Shown: positions 40,882 through 52,351, counted from the stretch's first letter. The stretch: 64,000 bases of DNA from an uncultured delta proteobacterium (GCA_963752595.1 CAVVYZ010000008.1:1-64000), one strand, 5' to 3'. The notes: generated by a model not told the origin, from the sequence alone. Made by a program: numbers and translations.

Positions 40882-42392
40882 TTTTTCAAGGCCTCCTTGT
40901 CTATCTTTCCCGAGGGTTTCTTGGGAAGCGACTTCATGATGCTCCAGTACTTCGGGTGCTTATGGCGCGGCAAGCCTTCACGGCGGCAAAGGCTTTGAGC
41001 GCTTCCAGGTCAAAGGAATGTTCGTCCAGGGGCACGATGAAGGCCTACCGGCACCTCGGAAAGAAATTCATCGGGCCTGCCGATGACGGCAGCCTCGTGG
41101 ACCAGGCCGGATTCCATGATGGCATCCTCGATCTCTTTGGGGAGACACTCTCGCCGCCTATCTTGAGCATGTCCTTCTTTCTGCCCGTGAGGTAGATGAA
41201 TCCTTCCTCGTCCCTGTGGCCGAGGTCGCCGGTGACCAGGCCCCAGGGCTTGAGGGCTTTGGCGGTCTCTTCCTGATCCTTCCAGTATCCCTGCATGATG
41301 TTCTCGTCCGCTGGCGCAGATGTTGCCGACTTCATCCGGCCCTAGGATCGTTCCCGCCATCGTCCCTGATGGTGATCTCCACCCCGGGGATGGGGATGCC
41401 GATGGAGCCGAGCTTGTCTTTGACCAGCCTCTCGGGAGGCAGGTAGGTGAGCCGTGGCCGAGGCTTCCGTGGCACCGTACATGATGTACAGGGAGACATT
41501 GCCCGAGATAATCGATGAGCCGCCTGGTCAGCGCAGGGGCCATGGCCCCGCCGGCCTGGGTGATGTACCTGAGGCTCGGGACCGGCGTCTTGTGAAAAGA
41601 CGGAGCGGTTCAGCAGTATGGCGAAGGTGGACGGCACCCCGGCAAAGCCTGTAACTTCCTTCTCCGCCATATCCTTGACCACTGAGTTGGGAAAGGCGAA
41701 ACGGTTGTTGATGACCACCGAGCCGCCCACCATGAAATGGGTGTTGAGCAGGGTCTTGCCGTAGACATAGTAGAAGGGGAGCACCGCCATGACCCTGTCC
41801 GATTCCTGTCAGCTCCAGGTAGGAGACGATGGATGCCGTGTTGGTGCAGAGGTTCTTGTGGGTCAGCATCACCCCTTTGGGCTTGCCCGTGCTGCCCGAG
41901 GTGTACACGATGGCGGCAAGGTCGTCCTGTGAAACCCTGTCTTCCTGGGGCTCGTCGGGCATGGTCCGGACATCCTCCCAGGTGAACCGGATGCCGTAGC
42001 CATCGTTTAAGGGGACATCGGGCCCGATTACGCACGGGATATCGATGCCGGAGAGCCTCTTGGCGCTCATGGGAGAAACCATGCAGACCTTGCACCGGAG
42101 TTTTCTATGTAATAGGATGCCTCTGCCGGAACGGACCGGTCGGAGACCTCTACACACACGCCTCCGGCCTTGAGATGCCATAATAGCCGACCACGTTCTC
42201 CAGCGAGTTCTCCATGATCATGAGAACCCTGTCGCCCTTCTGCAGGCCCGTTTTTCTTGAGCAGTCCGGCAAGCTTGTTTGCCAGCGAATCGATCTCGGA
42301 ATACGTTGCCTTCCGGTCTCCTTCGAGAATGGCCGCCTTATCGGGGACGCGCCTGTGCCGATTCTCAAGAAAACTGTGGACAGCCTCGACAC
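40878..42392 (-). CDS. AMP-dependent acyl-CoA/ACP ligase, multiple frameshifts
   Basis: [36 protein letters not shown]; stop overlaps the next ATG. Confidence 0.85.
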
Positions 42393-42646
42393 TACGAAAT
42401 GCCTTTGACCTTCAGGAATTTGACGATATTGTTGATGGTTTCCAGATTTTCCGGAATCAGTTCCTCGTCCTCGATCTTTATCCTATAAGTAGCTTCGAGG
42501 AATTCGACGAGCTCGAGCACGCCGGTCGAATCCATGATTCCGCTCTCGATGAGCGACTCATCGGGATCGAGGACAACTTCACTCCTCCCCATGATAAAAT
42601 TCTCTTTGATGAATTCCGTAATAACCATTTTCTGCATGTCTGACAT
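42392..42646 (-). CDS. Acyl carrier protein
   Basis: Acidic 84 aa with GIMDSTGVLEL phosphopantetheine site. Confidence 0.9.
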   Translation of the reverse strand: MSDMQKMVITEFIKENFIMGRSEVVLDPDESLIESGIMDSTGVLELVEFLEATYRIKIEDEELIPENLETINNIVKFLKVKGIS

Positions 42647-42847
42647 TTAAGACCTCTCAATAGAACTCTCGCTATGGAAATGCTATCGGCATATTATAGT
42701 CCAAAATTTATAATTTCAATGGTAAAATCCTGTGATATAGAAGAGAGTAATTGTAGGTGGCGCTGATAACAAACCTTTTCCCCTTGCTAACAATCCAGAG
42801 AAAAACGCCCTGATGGAAATGGGAAACCATAGAGCAAGGAGCATGGA

Positions 42848-43809
42848 ATGGAATTCACTTCTCATATTCTTAAAATAGAGCCGAAAAAAGAAACCGAGCA
42901 GATAGCCGGCTTTGTCAGGGACCAGGTGCAGTCAGTGTACCGGAGGTCAGGGATCGTGGTGGGCCTGAGTGGGGGCATCGATTCTGCCGTCATGGCGGAG
43001 CTCTGCATCAGGGCATTGGGGAAAGACACGGTCTACGGCGTGATCCTGCCTGAAAAGGAATCGAACCCTGTCAGCAGCCGTTTTGCCAGGGCCCACGCCG
43101 ATAAAATCGGCATCAGATACAGGGAGGTGGATATAACTTCTACGGTAGACAGCGTATATTCATACAATCTCAGGGATAATTTCATCAAAGAGCTCATTCC
43201 CGAGTACACACCGGGTGCAAGTACAACATAACCCTGCCGACGGATCTGCTGGAGCGGGATTCTTTCAGCTTTTACGTCCTTCGCGTCCAGCTGAATGACG
43301 GCGCCATCAAGACAAAGCGCCTGAACTTCGATGCGTTCAGAAAAATCACCTCTTTTGCAAACATCAAGATACGCTCCCGGATGATCCATCTGTACGCGGA
43401 AGCGGAAAAGACCAATTCCCTTGTGGCAGGTACCACCAACAAAACGGAATACCTGCTCGGGGATTTCTGCAAATACGGGGACGGAGGAACAGATATCGAG
43501 GCCATAGCACATCTGTACAAGAATCAGATCTATCAGCTCGCCGATTATTTAGGCATTACCCGGGAGATTATCGACAGGTCTCCGAGCCCCGATACGTTCA
43601 GCCTCCCGGTAAGTGATCAGGAGTTCTTCTTCCGGATCCCCTTCGATAAGCTCGATCATCTCCTCTACGCATGGGAGCATGAAATTCCGGCAGAGAAGGT
43701 GTCAGCTGTTCTCGGCATCTCGAATGAGGCCGTTGGAAGGGCCTTTACCGATTTCACTACAAAGAGCCGGGCTACCGCCCACTTGCGTCAGATGCCGTCC
43801 AGCCTGTAG
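42848..43809 (+). CDS. NadE-like NH3-dependent synthetase (insertion-bearing subtype), frameshift near 43218
   Basis: GLSGGIDS, NIKIRSRM, GTTNKTE, KYGDG. Confidence 0.8.
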
Positions 43810-43815
43810 CAGGCT

Positions 43816-44689
43816 CTACCAGCACGCTCCGGGCTCCACTATGCGTAAGGCCTCCGCATCGAGAAGCCCATGCTCGCAGAGCACACTCTGGGCAGTAGCA
43901 AATTCGAAGTCTTTGATAAGCTTACAGAACTTCGTATAGGTTCCGGAGATCCCCACATATGTCCTGAACCGAGACAAGGCGGATATCCCCTCTACCCGTG
44001 GCGTTCTGCCGTTGAGCTCCCATGGATGGATATAAAAAATGAAAGGAGTAGAGTTTTTTTCGAGAAGTCTCAGGGCAGACCGCGTAAAGGAATAGGGAAG
44101 AAGCCTGAAATAACCGCCCCCTGATATAGGGAAGTTGACGGCACCGAACTTCATGGTGGAAATGGGGAACTCCACAAGATCTTCCCGGAATTTTGTGAGG
44201 AAATCTCGGGGCATCCGGGATACCGTAGTTGTCATGATGTATGGGAAAAATACTGGAGTCGTAGCGGAAATTCAGCTCTTCCAGGATATCCAAGGCCCAG
44301 AGCGTCTTATTTGTTATGGAGTAGGTGGGTGCCCGGTATCCGATTACCTCCCTGCCTATGCAGTCTTCAAGAACATGCTTGGCCCGCGATACGTCATCTT
44401 TGAAGGATTCAGGCGTCTGGGTAGAGATGATCTGGTGCATATACCCATGGCAGGCTATCTCATGCCCGCGCTCATGGATGGCTTTGATGAGCCCGTTATT
44501 TCTCTCGGCGATCCACCCGAGGCAGAAAAACGTTGCCGAAATGCCTGCTTCCTCCAATGCATCCAGTATCTTCTTTGTGTTATACTCCGCAAAGCATGGA
44601 AAGGAATCCCATGACTTGGGGGATACAGTGCCGGAGAGAGCGTGTACCTGGAAGTATTCCTCAAGATCAATGGTGAGCGCATGTCTCAT
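43816..44689 (-). CDS. Polysaccharide deacetylase (PEP-CTERM/XrtA-associated type), frameshift near 44180
   Basis: TIDLEEYFQV, ATFFCLGW, HEIACHG, GYRAPTYS, YDSSIFP, GGGYFRL, FYIHPWE. Confidence 0.87.
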
Positions 44690-45021
44690 ATTATTAAGTA
44701 TAGTATGTTTCGGTGTGTATCGCAAGAATTGATGAAATCCTTCCCGTTTATTGCCGTGCACCTTTAATGGTCATGGATTTTAATTGATGCTCAGATCAAA
44801 ATACGATAAATAAGGTCTCGTCCTTTCCCCTTTGCCGAAGAGGAAAAGGTACGGCATAGGTGGTGCCTGCAGGGCAACCGGTCACGGGAAAGGTTGCCTG
44901 TCTTTTAGTGCATTCATATTTTATGATAACAATACAAGAGCGGAGATACGTCAAAAAAAAGTGCACATCAACTTCTCCGGGAGATAGAAAAGGATTATAA
45001 GATAACTACAAGGAGGGGAAT

Positions 45022-46833
45022 ATGGGGTATTCAGAGAAGAACATCGCAGGAATCTTCCACAACAGAGCAGAAAAGTATCAGTTTGAACCTTTTCTGCAAA
45101 TACAAGAAGCAGGGCAGATATACGGCCATCAGCTGGAGAGAGATGCAGAAGCTGGTCACGAATGCCGGCCTGGGCCTTATCTCGCTCGGCGTTAAAAAGA
45201 GTGATATCTTGACCATCTTCTCCGAGAATTGCTGGCAGTGGCTGGTGGCCGATCTCGCAAGCCTTTCCATCGGAGCGGCCGATGCCCCGATCTATGCCAC
45301 AAACTCGGGCGAGGAAGCCGCCTACATCATCAATGACGCCGTCTCGCGGTTCCTTTTTGTATCGGACAAGGAGCACCTGGACAGGGTCTTAAGCGTACGG
45401 TCCAAGATCAAGGGATTGAAGAAGATCATCACCTTTGACCCCATTCAGTCAGATGACAAGGATATCATCACCTTTGACGAACTCATGAGCCTGGGCGAGC
45501 AGTACAAAGACAAGAAGGCCTTTGACGAACGCCTCTTGAGCATCGATCCCGAAGGCCTTGCAACCCTCATCTATACTTCAGGCACAACAGGTCCGCCCAA
45601 GGGCGTAATGCTTACCCACGCCAATTTCGTGGCGAATATCATGCAGTGCTACGCATCCCACCCGATGATCGGTCATCAGGATGAGGCCTTGCTGCTGCTT
45701 CCCTGGAGCCATTCCTTCGGCAGGACAGTAGGTATCTATCTGATGATACATGTGGGTGCGGTCATGAGCCTGGCAGAGAATTTCGGTGCGGTCATGCAGA
45801 ATATGACAGAGATCAGGCCCACCCTCATGGTATCGGTACCAAGGCTTTTCGAGAAGATCCATGCCGGGCTCTTTTCAAAAGTGCGCAGGCAACCCCTGTA
45901 AAAAAGAAGCTCTTTTCCTGGGCCGTGTCCGTTGCCGGCAGGGCTGTGGATTACCGGGTGCAGCACAAAGAAATGCCTTTATCCCTGCAGCTCCAGTATG
46001 ACGCAGCCGACAAGCTCGTGTATTCCAAACTCAAAGAAGCTCTGGGAATGAACAGAATCAAACTCTTCATAAATGGCGGCGGCCCTCTGGCAGCAGATAT
46101 CGACCGGTTCTTCAATGCCATCGGGGTGAACCTCCACAACGGCTACGGTCTCACCGAGACCACGCCCGTAACCAACGTGAACACCTTCGAGGTATTCGAG
46201 TTCGGCTCGGTAGGGCCGGCACTTGCAGACACCTATATCAAGATAGCCCCGGACGGAGAGATCCTCATCAAAGGCCCCCAGATCATGAAAGGTTATTTCA
46301 ACAAGCCTGAGGAGACGCGTGCAGTATTCACCGATGACGGGTGGTTCATGACCGGCGATATCGGAAGGGTCGACGAAAGGGGTTGCCTGTACATAACCGA
46401 CCGGAAAAAAGACATCATCGTAACAGCCGGAGGGAAGAACATAGCACCCCAGAACATCGAGAACACCCTGGCAGCGGATCTCTTCATTGAACAGGCGGTG
46501 GTGATCGGGGAAGGGAGAAAATACTTGAGCTCGCTGATCGTGCCGAACTATTCCGAACTGATCTCCTATGCAAAAAAGCAGGGGATCTCGTTTGATAAAA
46601 AGGAAGATCTCATCACCAAACCGGAGATCCTTTCTTTCTATAAAACCAAAATCGATACCCTTATGAAGGATTATGCACGGGTGGAGCAGATCCGGAAGTT
46701 CTCGCTGCTTCCTCGCGAGTTCACCATCGAGACCGGAGAGCTGACCCCAACGCTCAAGATGAAGCGCAAGGTCATAAACCAGAATTTCTTTTCCGAGATA
46801 GAGTCGATGTACAAGGACAAGGAAGGCGAGTAG
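45022..46833 (+). CDS. Long-chain-fatty-acid-CoA ligase, frameshifts near 45070 and 45890
   Basis: SD AGGAGG, IYTSGTTGPPKG, GYGLTET, TGDIG, DRKKD, ELTPTLKMKR. Confidence 0.9.
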
Positions 46834-46842
46834 GTTCCCTTT

Positions 46843-46874
46843 AAGGGAGGGAAGCCTTATGGGATTCCCTCCTT
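46843..46874 (+). terminator. Hairpin after the acyl-CoA ligase
   Basis: AAGGGAGGGAA..TTCCCTCCTT imperfect inverted repeat 10 nt after the stop. Confidence 0.5.
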
Positions 46875-47124
46875 GTAACCTCTCAGGTAACTACCCTTAT
46901 GGAATGAGTGCCTGTTCATCATATACGTGCTTGGCGCTGTCCTTGCCGAGGTCCTGTATAAGTCCCTGCAAAGAAAGGGACACGATACGCCGATTCTGAC
47001 CGGATAGGATTATTTATTCAATGCAGCACGTAAGGCTCTTTTTTTATCTGCAGCAAAAGAGCCTTTCGAGGCGCTTGAATATTTTCACTGAATTGGGATT
47101 TTTCCCCTTGCTAACCGGTTCTTG

Positions 47125-47171
47125 AGGCTATATATAGTATATAGGGCATATTACAGTACTACATCTAGTAC
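47125..47171. promoter_or_regulatory. Tandem NrdR boxes
   Basis: aggCTATATATAGtat (47125-47140) and gtaCTACATCTAGtac (47156-47171), 31 bp apart, fitting the acaCwAtATaTwGtgt consensus, directly upstream of nrdD. Confidence 0.85.
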
Positions 47172-47188
47172 AAAGAGGGAGAGGTCTA

Positions 47189-49399
47189 ATGTACACTAAA
47201 ATCAGGAAGCGCGATGGGAGATTTGCCTCTTTTGACGCATCCAAAATTACGGGAGCACTTGCGAAAGCAGGCGCCGCAAGCGGAGAGTTCGATAAGGATA
47301 TGGCCCACAGGCTGATGCTCAAGGTCATAAGCATAGCCCAGGATACTATACCCGATGTTCCCACCGTTGAGGAGATCCAGGACATTGTCGAAGAGGTCCT
47401 GCTTTCGTCTCCTTACCGAAAGACGGCAAAGGCGTATGTCTTATACCGGGATCAGCATGCGAAGATCAGAGAGATCAAGGCGGGAATAGGGGTCGACCTG
47501 ATCGATCAGTATTTGAAAAAAATCGATTGGAAGGTAAATGAAAACAGCAACATGGCTTTCTCCCTCCAGGGATTGAACAACTATCTCTCCTCGGAGATCA
47601 GCAAGATCTACTGGCTCAACAAGATATACCCGCCCGAGGTGCGCAATGCGCACTCTGAGGGAGACTTTCATATCCATGACCTCAATATCATATCGGTATA
47701 CTGTGTCGGCTGGGACCTCTACGACCTTCTGCTCCAGGGTTTCAAAGGCGCGTTGGGAAAGGTCGAGAGCAAGCCGGCCAAGCACTTCCGCACGGCCTTG
47801 GGCCAGATCGTGAACTTCTTCTACACCCTGCAGGGAGAAGCGGCCGGCGCGCAGGCCTTCTCAAACTTCGACACCCTGCTCGCTCCGTTCATCCGTCACG
47901 ACAAGCTCGATTATGCCCAGGTGAAACAGGCGCTCCAGGAATTCATCTTCAATATCAATGTGCCGACCCGTGTCGGGTTTCAGACGCCTTTCACCAACGT
48001 AACGCTCGATCTCGAAGTCCCTTCGTATCTCGCGAACCAGGCTGTCATCATCGGCGGCAAGGTGCAGGATACCACCTATGGCGAATACCAGCATGAGATA
48101 TCACTGTTCAACGAGGCATTCGTCGAGGTAATGGCTGAAGGCGATGCAAAGGGAAGGGTGTTCACGTTCCCCATACCGACCTATAACATCACGAAGGATT
48201 TCAACTGGGATAATCCTTATCTTACCAATCTCTGGAAGATGACGGCAAAGTACGGGGTTCCCTATTTCTCGAACTTCGTCAACTCCGAGATGGATCCGGA
48301 AGATGCCAGAAGCATGTGCTGCAGGCTCCGGATAGACAACCGGCAGCTGGAGACGCGCGGGGGCGGTCTGTTCGGCTCGAATCCGCTGACAGGCTCCATC
48401 GGCGTGGTGACCATAAACCTGCCCCGGCTCGGGCACATAAGCAAGGATAAAGATGACTTCCTGAAAAGGCTGGATTCGCTCATCACCCTTGCAAGCTCGA
48501 GCCTGGAAATCAAACGCAAGGTGCTCGAGAGCTTCACCGAATCGAACCTCTATCCCTACACGAAATACTACCTCGCCGGCATCAAGAAACGCTTCGGCGA
48601 GTTCTGGAAGAACCACTTCTCCACCATAGGGATCGTAGGAATGAACGAGGCCTGTCTCAACCTGCTGGGAGAAAATATCGGGAGCGTGGCGGGCAGGGAC
48701 TTCGCCTTGGAGGTTGCCGACTTCATCAGAAACCGGCTCATCGAGCTTCAGGAGAAAACGGAAAGCAACTACAACTATGAAGCAACGCCCGCGGAAGGGA
48801 CATCCTACAGCCTGGCCCGCCTCGATAAGCGCAAATATCCGGATATCATCTGCGCCAATGAGGAGGCATACCACAACGGCGCCGAGCCGTACTATACCAA
48901 TTCCTCGCAGCTCCCGGTCAACTATACCGACGACATCTTCGAGGCGCTCGACCTGCAGGACGAGATCCAATCAAAATACACCGGCGGGACCGTGCTCCAT
49001 ATCTTCCTCGGGGAACAGGTGGAAGACCCGGACGTGATCAAGAACCTCGTCATGAAAATTTGCGGCAGTTACAAAATGCCGTACTTCACCTTCAGCCCCA
49101 CGTTCAGCGTATGCCCGAACCACGGGTATCTTTCGGGGAATCAGCAGGTCTGCCCGAAGTGCGACGAGGTCACGGAGGTGTACTCCAGGGTCGTCGGATA
49201 CCTAAGACCGGTCTCCCAGTGGAATAACGGCAAGAAAGAAGAATTCAGCGAAAGGAAGATGTTTGCGGTCGAGAAGGCTTCCGTCAAGGAGCTTGCGGTC
49301 CGGGATCAGGTCTTCAAGGTCAAACCGGCCGAGCCGAAGAATCAGGCGCTCTCCAATCAGGAGACTGAAAAGACGGGGCTTGAGTACACGACGCAGTGA
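47189..49399 (+). CDS. nrdD: Anaerobic (class III) ribonucleoside-triphosphate reductase with ATP cone
   Basis: KRDG ATP cone, HIHDL, SMCCRL, EATPAE, CPNH..CPKC, YSRVVGYL glycyl-radical motif. Confidence 0.95.
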   Translation: MYTKIRKRDGRFASFDASKITGALAKAGAASGEFDKDMAHRLMLKVISIAQDTIPDVPTVEEIQDIVEEVLLSSPYRKTAKAYVLYRDQHAKIREIKAGIGVDLIDQYLKKIDWKVNENSNMAFSLQGLNNYLSSEISKIYWLNKIYPPEVRNAHSEGDFHIHDLNIISVYCVGWDLYDLLLQGFKGALGKVESKPAKHFRTALGQIVNFFYTLQGEAAGAQAFSNFDTLLAPFIRHDKLDYAQVKQALQEFIFNINVPTRVGFQTPFTNVTLDLEVPSYLANQAVIIGGKVQDTTYGEYQHEISLFNEAFVEVMAEGDAKGRVFTFPIPTYNITKDFNWDNPYLTNLWKMTAKYGVPYFSNFVNSEMDPEDARSMCCRLRIDNRQLETRGGGLFGSNPLTGSIGVVTINLPRLGHISKDKDDFLKRLDSLITLASSSLEIKRKVLESFTESNLYPYTKYYLAGIKKRFGEFWKNHFSTIGIVGMNEACLNLLGENIGSVAGRDFALEVADFIRNRLIELQEKTESNYNYEATPAEGTSYSLARLDKRKYPDIICANEEAYHNGAEPYYTNSSQLPVNYTDDIFEALDLQDEIQSKYTGGTVLHIFLGEQVEDPDVIKNLVMKICGSYKMPYFTFSPTFSVCPNHGYLSGNQQVCPKCDEVTEVYSRVVGYLRPVSQWNNGKKEEFSERKMFAVEKASVKELAVRDQVFKVKPAEPKNQALSNQETEKTGLEYTTQ

Positions 49400-49407
49400 G
49401 ATAAAAA

Positions 49408-49459
49408 GAGTCGGTATTCAAAAACGAAAAAAGCGATCGTTATTTTTGAATACCGACTC
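49408..49459. terminator. Long hairpin between convergent nrdD and response regulator
   Basis: 17-bp perfect stem GAGTCGGTATTCAAAAA / TTTTTGAATACCGACTC. Confidence 0.8.
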
Positions 49460-49464
49460 CTCTT

Positions 49465-49842
49465 CTAAATGATTCTTTTCAGGACAGAGCTTAAGTCTTC
49501 AATCTTAAAAGGTTTGGCAATGACTCCCTTGAACCCGTATTCCTGGAAGTTCGTAACCGCAGGGTCCGTGGAATAGCCGCTCGAAACGATTGCCTTGACG
49601 TCAGGGTCTATCTTGATAAGGTCCTTGACGGTCTCTTTGCCCCCCATCCCTCCGTGGATCGTGAGATCCATGATAAGGGCATCGAACGGTTTCAGTGTCT
49701 CTTTTGCTTTTACATACATATCGATTGCCTGGGTTCCGTTGGATGCTACCTCCACTTCATAACCCAGAAAATCCAGCATATTGCTCAAGACATCCTGGAT
49801 AATCTCCTCATCATCCATGACCAGTATCCTCGGCTTCCTCAT
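49465..49842 (-). CDS. Single-domain response regulator
   Basis: ILVMDDE, IMDLT, VSSGY, KPF. Confidence 0.9.
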   Translation of the reverse strand: MRKPRILVMDDEEIIQDVLSNMLDFLGYEVEVASNGTQAIDMYVKAKETLKPFDALIMDLTIHGGMGGKETVKDLIKIDPDVKAIVSSGYSTDPAVTNFQEYGFKGVIAKPFKIEDLSSVLKRII

Positions 49843-50067
49843 GGGCGAACTCCCTTCTGTAAACGTTGCTTAAGCTGCGGTTACTTGTACATCCGATATT
49901 AATAATGAGAAGGAGCAATTAATCAAGCAGAAAATCAAAGGTCTATCGGATTGATCCTATGCGGATCTCCTTAAAAGGTATCTCTTACGGATGGAAGATC
50001 TTGCTTTTTATTCCGGAAAGACCCATGGTAGAAGAAGAAGTCAAACATTCATAACAGGTAAAAATGC

Positions 50068-50757
50068 ATGAAAATCGGATACCTGCAAAAGACATCTCTT
50101 ATCGATTATCCCGGGAAGATATGCGCCGTGATCTTTACCCAGGGCTGCAATTTCCGATGTCCCTACTGCCACAACCCCGAGCTTGTGGACACCTTGTCTT
50201 TCACGGATTCTTTTTCCGAGGAGGAGATCCTCTCGTGGCTGCCCCGGAGAAAGGGGCTGCTCGACGGAGTGGTGATCACCGGAGGTGAACCGACACTCCA
50301 GCCCGACCTTATCCCTTTCATGCAGAAGATCAAGGATCTTGGTTTCCTGGTAAAGCTCGATACCAACGGCTCATGCCCCGATGTCCTCGCACATGCCGCC
50401 CGTGAAGGGCTCGTTGATTACATTGCCATGGATATCAAAGCACCCTTTGCCAAATATCATAAGGCTGCAGGCCGTCAGATCGACACCCGTGCAGTCGGGA
50501 TGAGCATCGGGACCGTCACCGGATCACATGTTGCGTATGAATTCAGGACGACCCTTGTCTCCGGGCTTCTCTGCGTCGATGATATCATCGAGATCGGCCA
50601 TATGATCAAAGGTGCATCCCGCTATGCACTCCAGAGGTTCGTCTCGTCCAAACATCTTGATCAGGCTTATTTGAATGCCGGTCCGTTCACCGATGAGGAA
50701 ATCTCCGGCCTCGTCCAGGCCCTGAAACTTCTGGTCGGTCAGCTTATTGTCCGCTGA
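50068..50757 (+). CDS. nrdG: Anaerobic RNR activating protein (radical SAM)
   Basis: SLIDYPG, GCNFRCPYCHN, TGGEPT, KLDTNG, YEFRTT. Confidence 0.93.
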   Translation: MKIGYLQKTSLIDYPGKICAVIFTQGCNFRCPYCHNPELVDTLSFTDSFSEEEILSWLPRRKGLLDGVVITGGEPTLQPDLIPFMQKIKDLGFLVKLDTNGSCPDVLAHAAREGLVDYIAMDIKAPFAKYHKAAGRQIDTRAVGMSIGTVTGSHVAYEFRTTLVSGLLCVDDIIEIGHMIKGASRYALQRFVSSKHLDQAYLNAGPFTDEEISGLVQALKLLVGQLIVR

Positions 50758-52267
50758 ATATCTTTCCCACCTTCTGCACGAGCTCATTGGGAAGAAACGG
50801 CTTCTGGAGGAATGCGATTTCCTTGAGCTCTTCCTCCCTGACCACGTCATTGCCGTATCCTGACATCAGCATGATCTTGATATCCGGCAGGATGGACTGC
50901 ATCTTTTTTGAGAGCATGATCCCGTCTATCCTGCGCATGACCATATCGGTGATGAGCAGGTCGATCCTGCCCTCATGCTGCCTTGCAAGCTGGAGGGCAT
51001 CGCCTCCGTTCCTCGCGGTCAGGATGGTGTGCCCATTCTGTTTCAGTATCTCGCTGACGAGTTCCCGCACGGTATCATCGTCTTCCACCACGAGGATCGT
51101 TTTTCCATCGACAGGAACGTAAGAATCAAGCTTATCGGCTGATTTGACATTCACCGCCTTTTCTTCCTGCGAAAAGGGAAGGAGGATGCGCAGTGTCGTT
51201 CCCGCTCCAGGAGTACTTTCCACGGAAATCGCCCCTCCGGCTGATTTAACCATGCTGTTCACTGTCCAGAGTCCGATACCTTTGCCTTTGTCCCGCGGGG
51301 AAAAGAAGGGATCGAAGATGTGCTGTTTCACCTCGTCGCTCATCCCGATTCCGGTATCTTTTATAGAGAGCATCAGATATTCCCCTTGCCCGATGTTGTC
51401 ATACATAAGGGCATTGGCCTCATTCACCCTTTCAATACCGGTCTCTATGGTAATTTCTCCCCCTTTAGGCATTGCGTCCTTTGCATTTATCACCAGATTG
51501 AGCAGCATTTTGGAAAACTGTGTCGGGTCGATCCTGACTTTTTTCAGGCCTTCCTTTTTGATAATCGTCAGCCGGATATTTGCCTCGATGATATGTCTTA
51601 AGATAGTTTCCTGATCGGAAAGCTCCTGGTTGATGTCCAGGTCCTTGCATTCGGGCATGGTCTTCCTGCTGAACTCCAGGATCTTCTGGGTGAGCAGGGA
51701 GGCCTGAGTGCCGGCCTGGCAGATCTGAAAGATCTTGCTGTAGAACGGATGGCCCTTGTCGATTGAACCGAGCATGATCTCTGAATATCCGTTTATGACC
51801 GTAAGGAGATTATTGAAATCATGGGCAAACCCCCCGGCCACCTGCCCCAGGGTTTCCAGGCTCGCCTTCTGAAGAAGATTCTGCTCCTGTACCTTCTGAT
51901 CTATCATATCAAGGGCCTGGTACTGGAAAGATATGACCTTACCATCTTTTATGATCGGTCTTCCTGAGATGAGCAGGTACAGAATTCTGCCGTCCGCAGC
52001 CTTCATGCGTACCTGGTATGTGACATCTTTTTTTTCTGAAATACTCTCTTTCCAGAGGCGTATGACCTTGGCCTTATCTTCATCATGGATGAACTCGAAG
52101 ATGTTCCTGCCTATGGCGGATTCTTCCGAACCATCTTTCCCCAGGAATATCCCTACCCCTTTCTTGTTGATCCTGATGATTCCACCGTTCTTATCCATGA
52201 CAGCGGCCATGGCAGTCGCATTTTGGAAGAGGTCTTCAAAGAATGTTTCATTTTTCTGCATGATCAT
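50744..52267 (-). CDS. Cytoplasmic PAS hybrid histidine kinase
   Basis: PAS, AHDFNNLL, NLVINAKDA, DTGIG, receiver (VEDD, ITD, KPF). Confidence 0.92.
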   Translation of the reverse strand: MIMQKNETFFEDLFQNATAMAAVMDKNGGIIRINKKGVGIFLGKDGSEESAIGRNIFEFIHDEDKAKVIRLWKESISEKKDVTYQVRMKAADGRILYLLISGRPIIKDGKVISFQYQALDMIDQKVQEQNLLQKASLETLGQVAGGFAHDFNNLLTVINGYSEIMLGSIDKGHPFYSKIFQICQAGTQASLLTQKILEFSRKTMPECKDLDINQELSDQETILRHIIEANIRLTIIKKEGLKKVRIDPTQFSKMLLNLVINAKDAMPKGGEITIETGIERVNEANALMYDNIGQGEYLMLSIKDTGIGMSDEVKQHIFDPFFSPRDKGKGIGLWTVNSMVKSAGGAISVESTPGAGTTLRILLPFSQEEKAVNVKSADKLDSYVPVDGKTILVVEDDDTVRELVSEILKQNGHTILTARNGGDALQLARQHEGRIDLLITDMVMRRIDGIMLSKKMQSILPDIKIMLMSGYGNDVVREEELKEIAFLQKPFLPNELVQKVGKIFSGQ

Positions 52268-52351
52268 ACTCCTTCATATAAATCCCTTAAGAAGTTCTAG
52301 CTGTAGACATTCTATCGGCACATACCCGGGATAATTTTAATGGGGGTCGGA

